Assembly (NCBI GenBank): GCA_047967505.1
Contig: CM106538.1
Reading direction: 5' to 3' (one strand)
DNA length: 64,000 bases
From: Dipteris shenzhenensis
Lineage: Eukaryota
In this document: piece by piece, positions 12,415-24,303 of the stretch
How the letters are laid out: every line of letters starts with the position of its first letter
How positions within the stretch are numbered: the stretch's first letter is position 1
Translations under genes and position numbers: made by a program
The notes under the pieces: generated by a model
Databases searched by the model: none
What the model saw: only the letters and a program-made list of their open reading frames with translations
What the model was told of the DNA's origin: nothing

Positions 12415-12965
12415 TGAGGAGATTGCTCTAAAATTTCTTGTGGAGTGGTGGAGATGGTTCATAGGATATTAGGGCCAGAGTTTCCTCGGACACTATTACC
12501 TTACCTACATCACAGGGAGGACTTGGGATTCTTGAACCTGAGCTTCAGAGCAGAGCTTCTTGTTAGAGGCTTGACTCTTCAGGAGACCAACCTTGGAAGT
12601 AGTTTTTTATGCATGGGATCCTTTAGTGCACCCCTAGAGCAACAGGATAGTGGGAAGGGAGAGTTAGCTGGATTTTCTTGATGGATCAACATTTGCAGCC
12701 TCACCATTGGTGAGAAGGCTTATTCAGATTTGGGGTCACTTCCATCGTCATCTCATCCACGTAGTTCCTTCCTCTAGAGAGGAAATTGCCAGACACCCAC
12801 TCTTCCATAACCCCTTGGTTTAGTATTAGAGCCTTACCCTTGGTACAGACACATGACTACTTTGGCACGGTGGCACGCTCAAGATCTATCTTCAGTCAGT
12901 GACTGGTTCAGGGGAGGTCTAGAGATTTCTAAGGACACTATCATGGATAGACATAGACCTAGTGG
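12415..12965 (+). pseudogene. LINE ORF2 3' continuation
   Basis: VRRLL*NFLWSGG...TITLPTSQGGLGI motif resumes directly after the CACTA TSD. Confidence 0.8.
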
Positions 12966-14285
12966 ACAAGTTTTGTTATTAGAATGGAATTAATTAATTG
13001 AAATTAATTGGGATTAATTAATTAATTAATTCATGGCATTAATTAGAATTAATTAATTAATGGAATTAATTAATCTAGTGCTTAAGGATACTTAATGGAT
13101 GTAGCTGATGCATGTGTGCTCACTATCAGTAGTGATGCATGTGTTGCTCCTACATGATTTGATCTATGGCTATGGCTATCTAAGTGTGTGGCATTATGTG
13201 CACCACTTTCGCGATGAGTCGTGTGCCACAATTTGTAATATTTTATATTATATGCCATGGGCAATAATTAGTGGTAGAAGAGTGGTAAAAGGATTAAGAG
13301 CGAAAGCTATTTCCGCATCCCTTGTTTTTGGCAAAGGGATATTTTTGTACAAAACTACTTTTGGCTCTATGTGCTTTTTAAGTTCCCAAGTCCCGTGGTG
13401 GCAAGATATTGTCTTGTTCATTTGTGGGACTTACATCACCCAATTGGAACTTCTCAATAGGATGGTGGCTCTATGGTAGACCAAATTAGAGGCTCTTATT
13501 AAGCTAGTGGGAGACATTCGTTGGTGATGGGGCTCTCTAGTAAGTCCTAAGACAGTCAAAGCCCCCCATGCTCTGACTAACCAACTCCACATGGCACGAC
13601 TTAAAGCCTAGAACAATGCCTCCCCTAGGTCTTTGGTGCTCTGAAATCAACCAGCTCATGTCTTTGTCAATGATCTTCAGTCTGTTCTTCAACTCCTCCC
13701 CTATTTCAGAGCATGCATATCACACCCATATCGGAATTTGTACTCTGTTCCATAGGAGCCTGACTACATTTGATCCATTCTTCATGGAAATGTCTTCCAT
13801 ATGCAAATGATGTTGGTATTGGATGTGTCTCTTAATATAACAAGAGTGATGTAGTCATTGGCAATACGACAAATGACATTGAGATCATTATTGTATAATC
13901 CTCTAATATATTGGAATAGGGAAGAGCAATTTTGTCAAAATCCTCAAGATATCTTGTCTGCCACACCAGACACATCTTGTCCTTGAACCTTGCCTAATCC
14001 TAAAGCAATACAAGACAAGCATATTTATTTTGTGCTTTGATTTTGTGAGTAAACAATTGATATAAAGACAATTACTATTTTGTGACAGCTTTATCTTCCC
14101 TTATATTCTTTAAGAGTGAAGACACTAGGAATCTAAGTATGGTTGCACTTTTCTCTTATATACAATGATCTAACGAGAACAAAAAATGCAAAAACCTTGG
14201 GCTCATTAGTCAAAGCGTATCGTTGACTTTCAACGATTTGGTTCTCCTGAGTTTTCGAGTATTGTGTTCACTTCGAAGGAAGAAG

Positions 14286-14441
14286 ATGCGACCACCCGCC
14301 GCCGCTGCCAATGGGTCTGATGCTCTCCACCACGTCTTCATGTACGGGAACTGTCGCCCTGACATGCCTGGTAGCGAGCCGCTTGATGGAGTCCAAAGCA
14401 AGAGGGCTTGGCTTCTTGGGAGTCGCCTTTACTCGTACAAT
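14286..14441 (+). CDS. Probable first coding exon of an AIG2-like / gamma-glutamylcyclotransferase-fold host gene
   Basis: MRPPAAAANGSDALHHVFMYGNCRPD...AWLLGSRLYSYN resembles the GGCT/AIG2 N-terminal (V/L)FVYG motif; ends at AAT|GTTCGT, a possible donor; downstream exons not identified. Confidence 0.5.
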
Positions 14442-16156
14442 GTTCGTTCCGTCTTTCCTGTTGCATTTTTCCACGTCTTCTTAAAATGGGTCATGACCCG
14501 TCCCTGAAAATACTATGCTTTCTTCTTTGCGTCCTACGTCGTGGTAACGATATGGAGATTCTCCTTGCCCACATCGGCTGTGTTGTTCCTTGATAAGTCA
14601 AGAAGCTCTCCGAGCCTGGCCATATGCTGTTGTACACCATGCCTTCTTTGGAGCCTTCAATAGTCGGGATGCCCTCTTTCTCTCAAATCTTTTGTTTCTT
14701 GTCTAATACTGGTAAGAAGTACTTTAAGAGGGTAGAATCAACACTCACCGCTATACCCATCATTATATTTAATAATGTCCTTCATTTTACTCTTACTGTC
14801 TTTGTGCTAGGGGTAAAGTGGTAAGTGATTGAATCTTATGCAGCTGATCATTCTTCCTCTTAAATTCCTTGGTCTTTGCTGTCAATTTTTCTGGAGGAAA
14901 CGATAGACGTCAAGATTTTTGGCTGTTTCTTGCTAGTGATTTTAGCTTCATCCGTTTAAGGCCAAATAGTCACGATTTCGAAGTGCATACAAATTTTGGT
15001 TTGCTTTATTTTTGTGAAGATGCAAGTCTAACGATAGCAACTATCTTGTCTACTGTGATCTTGAAGCTTGCTTCGATCCATATGAGTACCTAGTGTCTGC
15101 ATCCATCAGTGATTGCATCTGTCCATCTGCAACAGAAGGGCTTTTTATGATTGTACACTGGACATGTCTTTTATCCTGAGTGTGATTAGCATCACTATGA
15201 ATTTTAAAATTCAATTCCTGCAGTAATTGTATGAACCCTCTATACATGGTTTGACACATTGACACTTGGAAAAAGATCATCAAACCATTCACCCTATCTG
15301 CTAGATGATGCTTGTGGTATTCATGCAATATTAGGAACACCTATTTGCTTGCATCCACGATCTGTGAAGCTTGAAGAGAGATTTATCAATCTATCATATT
15401 TATTTCAAAGGACCCGCTGGATGCTGTTGAGGTCTTGCATGTATGTGCACTTTAAATATACCTAAGAAGGTTGCATGTGTGTCTGATGGTCTGGCATGTT
15501 GGCTGTTAATGCTTATTCAGGTCTTTGACTACAATAAATTTGAGACTGGAAGGAAAGTGGACCTTAGTTCCTGACCAATTATGATATGGCCAATGTGCAA
15601 TTGGGTGGTAAATTAAAATGCAGCCTACGTGAAGTATGCATTGAACTTTTGAACATGCATGGTGTTTCTCATTCGCCAATTAAGAGTTGCGACCTCACTC
15701 ACAGAAGCTAAGAAGGCTTGAAGTGAACTCTTTAATGGCAAGCCACCATTCTGAAAAAGATAGTAGTCAGCTCCTTAAACTTCTGTTCTTTTGGAACTTG
15801 TATAGAGAGGTGGAGTTCAGTGTGCAGCTGTTAGGCTCGAAGAACCAGGTCATGCAGTATTGGGTTATGCAATGTTTGTAAACTCTCCTGGTCGCATTGA
15901 GGGGCTGCTGGATACTTTTGAAAGGAGGGAGTTTTCTTTGGATTGCTACGAGTGTGATATTGTGGAGGTACTTGATCTTTTGTGGTTGTACTTTCTAAAA
16001 CTTTTCAATGGAGTAAAATAATCTGTAGGGGAGATGGAAAAAAATAAAATATGTGTGTGTTTTGGGAACACAAGCTAAGTGAGAGGCTAGAGATCAGGGG
16101 GAATTTTTTTTAAAAATAAAATTATATATACATACATATATGTATGTATGTATACA

Positions 16157-16161
<5 letters not shown>

Positions 16162-16203
<42 letters not shown>
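16162..16203. repeat. (GA)n microsatellite
   Basis: About 20 GA units. Confidence 0.95.
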
Positions 16204-16210
<7 letters not shown>

Positions 16211-16686
16211 GTTCTCTAGAGACCAAAGTATTATCGATGGAATGTTATTTAATCAAGTACAGAAGGTAGAAACAATGTGCAAGGAATATCCATGTGCACT
16301 GTTTGTGTACATAACCCTATGTGTATGTATCCATGTGCACAAATGCAAACTATTTGCTTCTAAAATCATGGCTAAGGCATATGTTGGGTCTGATGGAGTA
16401 GCTGCTTTGAAGCTGAATGAGGAGGATGAGATGGAGTAGGGACTCACAAGTGTGGAAGAGAGAGGGGCCAACACGATGAATGGTGTAGCATCCAGGTGGA
16501 AAAGAAGAAGTGCTACACTTGACATGTGGTAGAGAGTGGCCCTTTTGAAGGAGGTTTGGAGCAGGGAGATGAGATATGGCTGAAGTAAAGTACACCACAC
16601 ACTAGATAATGTAGTGCTAGGATAAGGGGATGTGGCATCTTGGAGGCATGCGACATGGCACTCAAAATTAAAAAAAGTAAACTAAC

Positions 16687-17044
16687 CCAAGAAATGCATC
16701 ACTCACTTGTGACAGTTCCTGTAACTTCAAAGAAACGTAGTTCTGTGAGAATAGTGCAATATTTGATATCATGTCTATGGCATCTTAACAATCAAGCATC
16801 TTGTGAGTCCAAAGTGGTAACTTCAAAGAAACGTAGTTCTGTGAGAATAGTGCAATATTTGATATCATGTCTATGGCATCTTAACAGTCAAGCATCTTGT
16901 GAGTCCAAAGTGGTCACTTTGGACTCACAAGATGCTTGACTGTTAAGATGCCATAGACATGATATCAAATATTGCACTATTCTCACAGAACTATGTTTCT
17001 TTGAAGTTACAGGAACTGTCACAAGTGAGTGATGCATTTCTTGG
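16687..17044. repeat. Long inverted repeat (foldback) with a 96-bp tandem duplication in the left arm
   Basis: Left arm CCAAGAAATGCATC...CCAAAGTG, 2-nt spacer at 16913-16914, right arm CACTTTGG...GATGCATTTCTTGG; 16721-16816 repeated at 16817-16912. Confidence 0.92.
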
Positions 17045-17349
17045 ATGTGTGTGCAATTGATACTATCGGTTGCATATGTCTGGATACTATCTATCTAAAA
17101 TTAGGAATACTACGGATGTTGTGTAAACATTTTGTTTCTGTTTATGCATTGATAGTGAAAGCAGACTACATTCCATTCGTTATTTCAAGAAGTGTATCCC
17201 TTATGAGTAGCATACAATGGATGGAGAATGGTCACAATCTCCTTTCAGGAAAAAGCAGGCATGTTCTAATTATAACGCCTCACTCAATGCTTTGTATGAG
17301 CATTATGAGATTTAGAATCATTAATTTGAACTGCTTGCAAAGGTGAGTA

Positions 17350-18120
17350 TGTTGGTGCTCGGGTTAACTGTGCTCCCAAGCTTGCCTCGGTTCTCGGCCC
17401 TTGGTGAATGCTTTGCTTTGGGTGAAACCTCCTCAGATGTAGCCCGAGTCAGCAAACAACCATCAACATAATAAAATAACCGGATCGGGCGTACAGAACC
17501 GTATGATGATGGGGAAATTGCATGCACGATTACAAGAGAATTAACAGAACAAGATCTTATATGCAAGAAACCAATAAGAACTTGTATTGATAACCTTGGT
17601 TACAACAACCACTTGGCCGTCAGAGACACGCCTTGAGCTAGATGGAAGTCTCTCTCACCTCTGTGAGGCATGCCTTCTTCTTAACAAGTGCGGGCTTGCA
17701 AACCAAGCACACTGAACATGCTATCACTGTATCTGTCTATCTATCACACACACACTTTTGCAAGGCTATCACACACACTAATTCTCATGTAAAGAAATTA
17801 GGGTCGTGCGAAGCCTAGCATAATACAAGATAAGCAAGATGATCATGGAGGGTCATACCAAACAAGGAACTCCATAAGGACACAAGATATAGGCAACACT
17901 CAACTGATTGTATTCCAAAGAGCTAGTACATTATTTTATAGCCTCATGGGCTTATCCATCATCCACTCCCAGGTCCACATGTCATCTCCTCATTCATGCA
18001 ATCCCTATTCTCGAATCATATTTTTAATTTCTTGTACCACTCTACTACCACTCCCAAGTACATGTCCATGTGGTGACTTCTTGGCACCACAAAATCCAAT
18101 GTCTAAACAACCCCCCTTGG
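17350..18120 (-). mobile_element. LTR-like fragment(s) with adjacent polypurine tract
   Basis: Minus strand reads AAGGGGGGT then TGTTTAGAC at ~18109; the other boundary is uncertain (17350 or 17789). Confidence 0.4.
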
Positions 18121-18449
18121 TGCCAACATAGCTACTCAATGTTTGGATGTTCAAGTTTCATTATCCCTCCCTTAATTCCAACTTAGCTGGGTGACTCAGA
18201 GGCTCCTTGGCTTGGTCACTCTCTAGCTCAGAGGTTGTTTTCGGGATTGCAACTTGAGTACATCATCGGTCTCAGAGGTTGCTTACGAAACACTTTGGAA
18301 TAGATTTTCACTCCCCCAGGCTGCTACTTTGGCTACTCTCTGGTGGTCGAGTATTTTACACTTGGTTTGGTTTGGCCTAAACATTTGGTTAGGGTAGTGG
18401 TGGTTTCGAACTACTTTGTTCACATTGGATGCGTGCTCATTTGGCCGCT

Positions 18450-18990
18450 TTTACAAGGCGTAAGAAAAAAATAACAGGGTGTTTCCGACAAGCATAGAAG
18501 AGAGTTGGTCTTCAAGGAAGGTGACTATATCTTGCTGCGTTTTCTTAAGGCAAGGCTCAGGAATAAGAAAGGGAAAGCATGGTTGTACACCGAGATGAAT
18601 ATGCGGTATTATGGCCCTTTCCAGGTCTTGCATAAGATTAATGATGTTGTTTAGAGGCTGGAATTACCTGTTACATGGACAATTCATAATGCGTTTCATG
18701 TGAGTTTGTTGAAGCCTTTTCATGGGGATCTGCCACATGATCTATTGGATGTAGAGCAGCTTGAGGTTGAGGAACAAGATGAGATCTTGGTTCCTGAGCA
18801 GATATTGGCTCATCATGACCGGAAGGTCAAAGGTAGAGTTTCCCGCCGCTATAGAGTGAAGTTCATGAATTATCCTACACTTGATGCGCAGTGGATGGAG
18901 GAGAGTGAGCTGGCAGACTCACCGCAGGTTTTGCAACTCTACCTTGAGGCATTTAGACTCGAGCCCACTGCGGTGGTGCTCCATCCGGTT
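18450..18990 (+). pseudogene. Ty3/gypsy chromovirus integrase C-terminus plus chromodomain, degenerate
   Basis: RYYGPFQVL..RLELP..IHNAFHVSLLKPF..PEQILAH..YRVKFMNYP..AQWMEESEL. Confidence 0.85.
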
Positions 18991-19299
18991 CAGCAGAGCA
19001 CGGGTCTGGGGCATTACCGGATGCTCATCGGGCAGCTAGCACCTCCGCTCTCCCAAGACAGACAGGCTCCGAGATTATCAGAGGTCGCTTGGTGATTTTG
19101 TGTGTTTCACCCAAGGCACTGATGCTGACAATGTTTCTGGTGCGAGGCTTCTATGATTGAGTGGTCATGACACTCCACTTGGTTGATACATTGATCTACG
19201 GATGGATCTGCAGTCTTGGCCGTATGTTCATTGTATATGGTACTTCATGGATGTTGTACTTGCAGATATGGATGGATTTTCCGTACGGTTGTACTTGCG

Positions 19300-19460
19300 T
19301 ACATGGCTGGTTTTTCCCATGTGTGGTACATGTAGACATGGCTGGTTTTTCCCATGTGTTCTACCTGCAGTTAATGGTTGGTTTCCCATGTGTTGTACAT
19401 ACAGGTATGGCTGGTTTTTCCCATATATTGTACACACCGATATGGCTGGTTTTTCCCATC
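19300..19460 (+). repeat. Short tandem repeat (ATGGCTGGTTTTTCCCAT core) in a gypsy 3' non-coding region
   Basis: Five copies of the core at roughly 30-40 bp spacing. Confidence 0.7.
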
Positions 19461-20419
19461 TGCTGTGTAGTGGTGTGGAGCCTTTGGTGTGGTCAACCCA
19501 GTCAAAACTGCTCCAAGTGTCCTGCTTGTGGAGGGTATGTGGCATCTAGGTGTGTACTTGCTCTTTTTGGTGTGTCTTCCCTACCCAGGCTGATTTGTGA
19601 GCATTCTCATGCTTGAATTTTGGACGATTCTTCCTCCCTAGAGCTGGCTCATCAGTTTTCCTTGATTCCGTCATGACAGATTCACTCCCAGGGCTGGGGA
19701 CTACTGCTTGGCAAAATCTCGTGAAGTGAAGCGGCCAGTTTTGGGCCAATTTTGGGCGACCCCTGCTGCTGGAGCATCACTCTGGCAAATTTTGCCTAGT
19801 TCTGGAGGGGTTTCTGCTTCTGGTCGGCCTGTTTTTGACCCTGTTTTGCTGTCTTGGAGCTGGCTGACCTGTTCTGGATGTTGTGGTTGCTGCCTTGGAT
19901 CAGGCCGTACCATTTCTGACTCCTACAATCCCCTGAAAGTTGGCTGACTATCTCCTATTGTTGTTCCTGGCATTTGTGCTGCTGTTTGGAGGTATTCTGT
20001 GCATTTTCCTTGTGAGTTCTGTGCTTGGGTTCCTGTGTTTTGCATTCCTAGAAGGACACCTGCCCAGCTGAGGGGCCAGTGAGAGGAGAGAGCACCTGTG
20101 GGTCGACTCTTCTTATCTTGGACAGCTGTGGAGTCTCCTTTCTGGATACCAGGTATTGCACTGTGGTTTCTATTGCCTGTTTTATGTTGGATATGATGCA
20201 TGTCATGTGGATCACCTTGAGGCAGTGTGGGCATTGCAGTTGGTCAGTGCATTGTGGATTGTGTAGTTGCTGTGTTGACATGCCAGTGCCCGAGAGTTAG
20301 TGGAACCAGTTAATTGCATTGGATTTGGGGATTTGTACTGTCTTGTGTGGACAATGATATTGGATTGTACCTGCGGGTAGAAGCTCAAGGGCGGGACCCT
20401 TTGTATTGGAGCTCCTTTA

Positions 20420-21117
20420 AACCAGGCTTAAAACTGCCCGGGAGCAGCTGGGTAAAGCTCAAGACAGGATGAAAAAGTTTGCAGATCGGAAGAGGAGGCA
20501 TGTAGAGTACGAGGTTGGCGAGAAGGTCTACCTCAAACTGAACCCTGAGCAGTTCAGCATGCCAAAGGAGCTCACGGATCGTCTTGCGCGGAGGTACGAC
20601 AGGCCATACGAGATCCTTGAGAGGGTAGGCAAGCTGGCCTATCGTCTACAACTACCTCCCCATCTACATATTCATCCTACCTTTCACGTTTCCATGTTGA
20701 AGGGTGCTCAAGAAGATGATGATCCAGCCCGTGAGCAGAGGAATAGAGGTTCGGCTCTAGTGATGGATCGTGGAGAGGGTGAAGACCTCGAGAGTATCAT
20801 GGCACATTGTGAGAGACCGAATTAGTTCGGGCCTAACAGGCTATACCATTGTCACTGGAGGGATCAGCCTTCAAGTGAAGACTCGTGGAGGACGGAACCT
20901 TCTCTATGGCGGTTCGTGGACATCGTGCGCGGCTACAATGATTCACACCCCTTTCCAAAGAAGCGGGGGAGCAAGAGTAAAAGAGGGGGAATGTAACGGG
21001 TGGCCCGTTGACAAGGGACTGAGTTTCAGTCCGCTCCTCCTTCATCATCACCTTCGGACTCGACATCGGCAGCAAGGAGGATGTCCTTGCCCTCTTTTTG
21101 GGTCAAGGGGGGAGCAA
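20420..21117 (+). mobile_element. 3' end of a second chromovirus: IN C-terminus, chromodomain, PPT and truncated 3' LTR (20992-21117)
   Basis: MKKFADRKRRHVEYEVGEKVYLKL..AYRLQLP..IHPTFHVSMLK..YHCHWRDQPSSEDSW; PPT AAAAGAGGGGGAA then TGTAACGGG; the LTR matches 26566-26691 in reverse. Confidence 0.9.
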
Positions 21118-23700
21118 TCGGGTTGGAGGTGTGGGCGCGTAGGACGTGGCCGGAGGTACGGTAGCGTTCAGGGCACCACGCGTCGCGACCCGACTCGTGA
21201 GCCTGATGCGCCATCATGGGACGGGGGTGCGGCGGCATCGGGTTGGAGGCGGGGCTATGCGGGTTGTCGTCGGGAGGCGCGGTAGCGTCGGGTTGGAGGT
21301 GCGGGCATGCGAGGCATGGTCGGGGCCACGTTGGGTTGGAGGCATGGGCGCGTAGGACGTGGCCGGGGCGCGGCAGCGTTCGGGGCACCACACATCGCGA
21401 CTCGACTCGGGAGCCCGAGGCGCCACCATGGGACGGGAGCGCGACGGCGTCGGGTTGGAGGTGAGGCTGCGCGGGTTGTTGCCGGGGGCGTGGCAGCGTC
21501 GGGTTGGAGGTGCGAACGCGCGGGGCGTGGTCGAGGGCACGGCAACGTCGGGTTGGAGGCGTAGGCACGCAAGACGTGGCCGGGGGCGCGGCAGTGTCGT
21601 GGGTGTTCGGGGCCTTGCTCCACATTTCAACCTAACACGGGAGCCCGAGGTACCACCGTGGGACGGGGACGCGATGCTGTTGGGTTGGAGGCGTGGTCGT
21701 GCGAGGCATCGTCGGGACGGCAGCGTCGGGTTGGAGGCGCGGCTGCGTAGGGTGTGGTCGAGGCGCAACAGCGTTCGGGGCACCACGCGTCCCGACCCGA
21801 CTGAGGGACCCGAGGCGCCACCGTGGGACGAAGGCGCGGTGACGTCGGGTTGGAGGCGTGGGTGCACGGGGCGTCGCAGGGGGCATGGCGACATTCGGGG
21901 CACCACGCATCTCGACTCGACCCGAGAGCTCGGGGCGCCACCGTGGGACGGGGACGCGACGGTGTCGGGTTGGAGGCGTGGGTGCGCGCGGGAGCATCGG
22001 GGGCGCGACAGCGTCGGGTTGGAGACGTGGGGGGTGACAGCGTTCGGGACGCGACGCGGGTGCTTGGGGGCGCCACGCGTTTTGGCCCAACTCGGGAGCC
22101 TTGAGCACCACCGTGGGATGGGGGCGCGGCGGTGTCGGGTTCGAGGCGTGGGTGCGCTTGGCGTCGTTGAGAAGCACCATGCATCCTGACCCGATCCGAG
22201 AGCCCGAGGCGCCATCGTGGGACGAGGGCGCGGCGGCGTCGGGTTGGAGGTGTGGGTGCACAGGGCGTGGTCGGGGACGCGGCAACGTTGGGTTGGAGGC
22301 GTGGGTGCGCGAGGGCGTGGCGGGGGGCGCGGCAGCATTCGAGGTGCCACGCGGGTGCACGGGGGCACCACGCGTCCCGACCCGACCCAAGAGCCCGGGG
22401 TGCCATCGTGGGACAGGGACGCGGCGACGTCGGGTTGGGGGCGTGGATGCGCGGGGCGTGGTCGGGGCATGGGATTAGAGGCGTGGGTGAGTGGGGCGTG
22501 GTCGGGGGTGCGACAACGTTCCGGACGCCACGCATCGTGGCTCGACCCGAGAGCTCGGGGTGCCACTGTGGGACAAGAGGCACGGCGACGTCGGTTAGAG
22601 GCGTGGGTACGCGGGGCGTCGTGGGGGCGTGGTAGCGTCGGGTTGGAGGCGCGGGTGCGCGGGGCGTGGCCGAGAGGTGCGGCAAGTTGGAGGCGTGGGC
22701 GTGGTCGGGGGCGCAGCAACGTTCGAGGTAGCACACGTCCCGACTCGACTCAGGAGCTCGAGGCGCCACCATGGGACGGGGGCACGACAGGGTCGGGTAG
22801 CTACGGCGAGGGGTGCTCGGGGCGTCGCTGGGGGTGCGGTAGCGTCGGGTTACAGTCGTGGGCGTGTTGGAGGCGTGGGCGCGCGGGACGTGGCGGGGGG
22901 CACGGCAACGTTCGGGGCACCACGCGTCTCGATCCGACTCGGGAGCCCAAGGCGTCACCGTGGGACGGGGGCACGGCGGCGTCGGGTTGCTACGGCATGA
23001 GGTGCGCGGGGCATGGTCGGGGGCACGGCAACGTCGGGTTGGAGTCGTGGGTGCGCAGGATGTGGCCGGGGGTGCAGCAGCATTCGGGGCACCACGCATC
23101 CCGACTCGACTGAGGGGCTCGGGACGCCACCGTGGGACGAGGGCACGGTGACATCGGGTTGGAGGCGTGGGTGCACGGGGCGTTGCAGGCGGCATGGCAG
23201 CATTCGAGGCACCACGCATCTCGACCCGACCTGAGAGTCCGGGGTGCCATCGTGGGACGGGGTCACGGTAGCATCGGTTTGGAGGCATGGGTGCGCGACA
23301 GCGTTCGAGGTGCCACGCGAGTGCTCGGGGGCGCCACGCATCTCGACTCGACCCGGGAGCCCGGGGCACCGTCGTGGGACGGGGGCGCGGTGGCATTCAG
23401 GTGCGCAAGGCATCGGGGTGACGGGGGTGCTCGAGGGCCAAGACGTTGCGGGTGCGTGGGGCATTGATGGCGTCATGGGTCGACGGGATGTCACATCGGG
23501 ACTACGACGAGGGGTCGAGACGCTGCTGCAGGTGTGCGTGGCATTGGGGGCACGACCATGGGGGTCGGGACGTTGCGGGTGCGCGTGGCATCGGGACGTT
23601 GCGCGTGATCAGGTGACATTGCGTGTGGCATCAAGACGTTGCACGACTGGGTCCTTGGTGACACGTGCGCGCGGGTATCAGGGTGTGTGCGACAGGAGAG
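21118..23700. repeat. rDNA intergenic-spacer GC-rich subrepeat array
   Basis: Dozens of GTCGGGTTGGAGGCGTGGG and GGCACCACGC..CCGACTCG..CCGTGGGACGGGG modules directly downstream of the 5S gene. Confidence 0.8.
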
Positions 23701-23779
23701 CGTCGGTCGGGCTTACTGGGTGAGGTCGGCGGTCAGGGATATTAAGGCGTGGCAAGACCGCTAACCTCGAGGGCAAAAA

Positions 23780-23898
23780 AGGTGCAGCACTAGGACTTCT
23801 CGGGAGGTCACCCATCCCAATACTGTTCTGGCCCAAGCGCGCTTAACTGCGGAGTTCTGATGGGATCCGGTGTATTAGCGTTGGTGTGATCGCACCAC
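23780..23898 (-). rRNA. 5S rRNA gene (a few substitutions), linked to and co-oriented with the 45S unit
   Basis: GTGGTGCGATCACACCAACGCTAATACACCGGATCCCATCAGAACTCCGCAGTTAAGCG...GGATGGGTGACCTCCCGAGAAGTCC followed by a T6 Pol III terminator (23775-23780). Confidence 0.95.
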
Positions 23899-23939
23899 GA
23901 CAAATAACCGTGAGAAATCAGTATTGTCTTATTTTGTAA

Positions 23940-24303
23940 AGGTGGAGGGGGGGGTGAGGGAGGGGGGGCGCCATGGGGGATACGCGACATGCGCGCAACG
24001 GGGGGCGCATGTGCACAAGGGGGATGGGCGAGTGGGGGGGCGCATGGGTGCAAGGGGGGATGGTGGGGAGGATGCACACAAGGGGGGGTGAGGGAAAGGG
24101 AGGAGGGGGGGGCATGGGTGCAAGGGGGGATGGGGGGGAGGATGCGCACAAGGGGGGATGAGGGAAGGGGGGGGGCACATGGGTGCAAGGGGGACGGGGG
24201 GGAGGATGTGCACAAGGGGGGATGAGGGAAGGGGGGGGGGTGCATGGGCTCAAGGGGGGATGAGGGAAGGGGGAGGGGCACAAGGGGGGAGGGGAGGGGG
24301 GCG
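23940..24303 (+). repeat. G-tract spacer repeats (GCACAAGGGGGGA); continue at 26692-27180
   Basis: Runs of G4-G20 separated by TGCGCACAA-like linkers on both sides of the solo LTR. Confidence 0.8.

Noticed and set aside
12974-13440. Possible solo LTR with TTAATTAA-rich start inside the LINE
   Set aside because: TG..CA candidates exist, but no matching TSD or second copy was found
23780-23898. 5S sequence as part of a Cassandra TRIM LTR
   Set aside because: Full-length single 5S with its own T-run terminator and no flanking LTR pair, PBS or PPT
21026-24283. Long Pro/Arg/Gly-rich ORFs (up to 589 aa) on both strands
   Set aside because: Artefacts of GC-rich, stop-poor IGS subrepeats; they overlap in many frames and show no domain motifs
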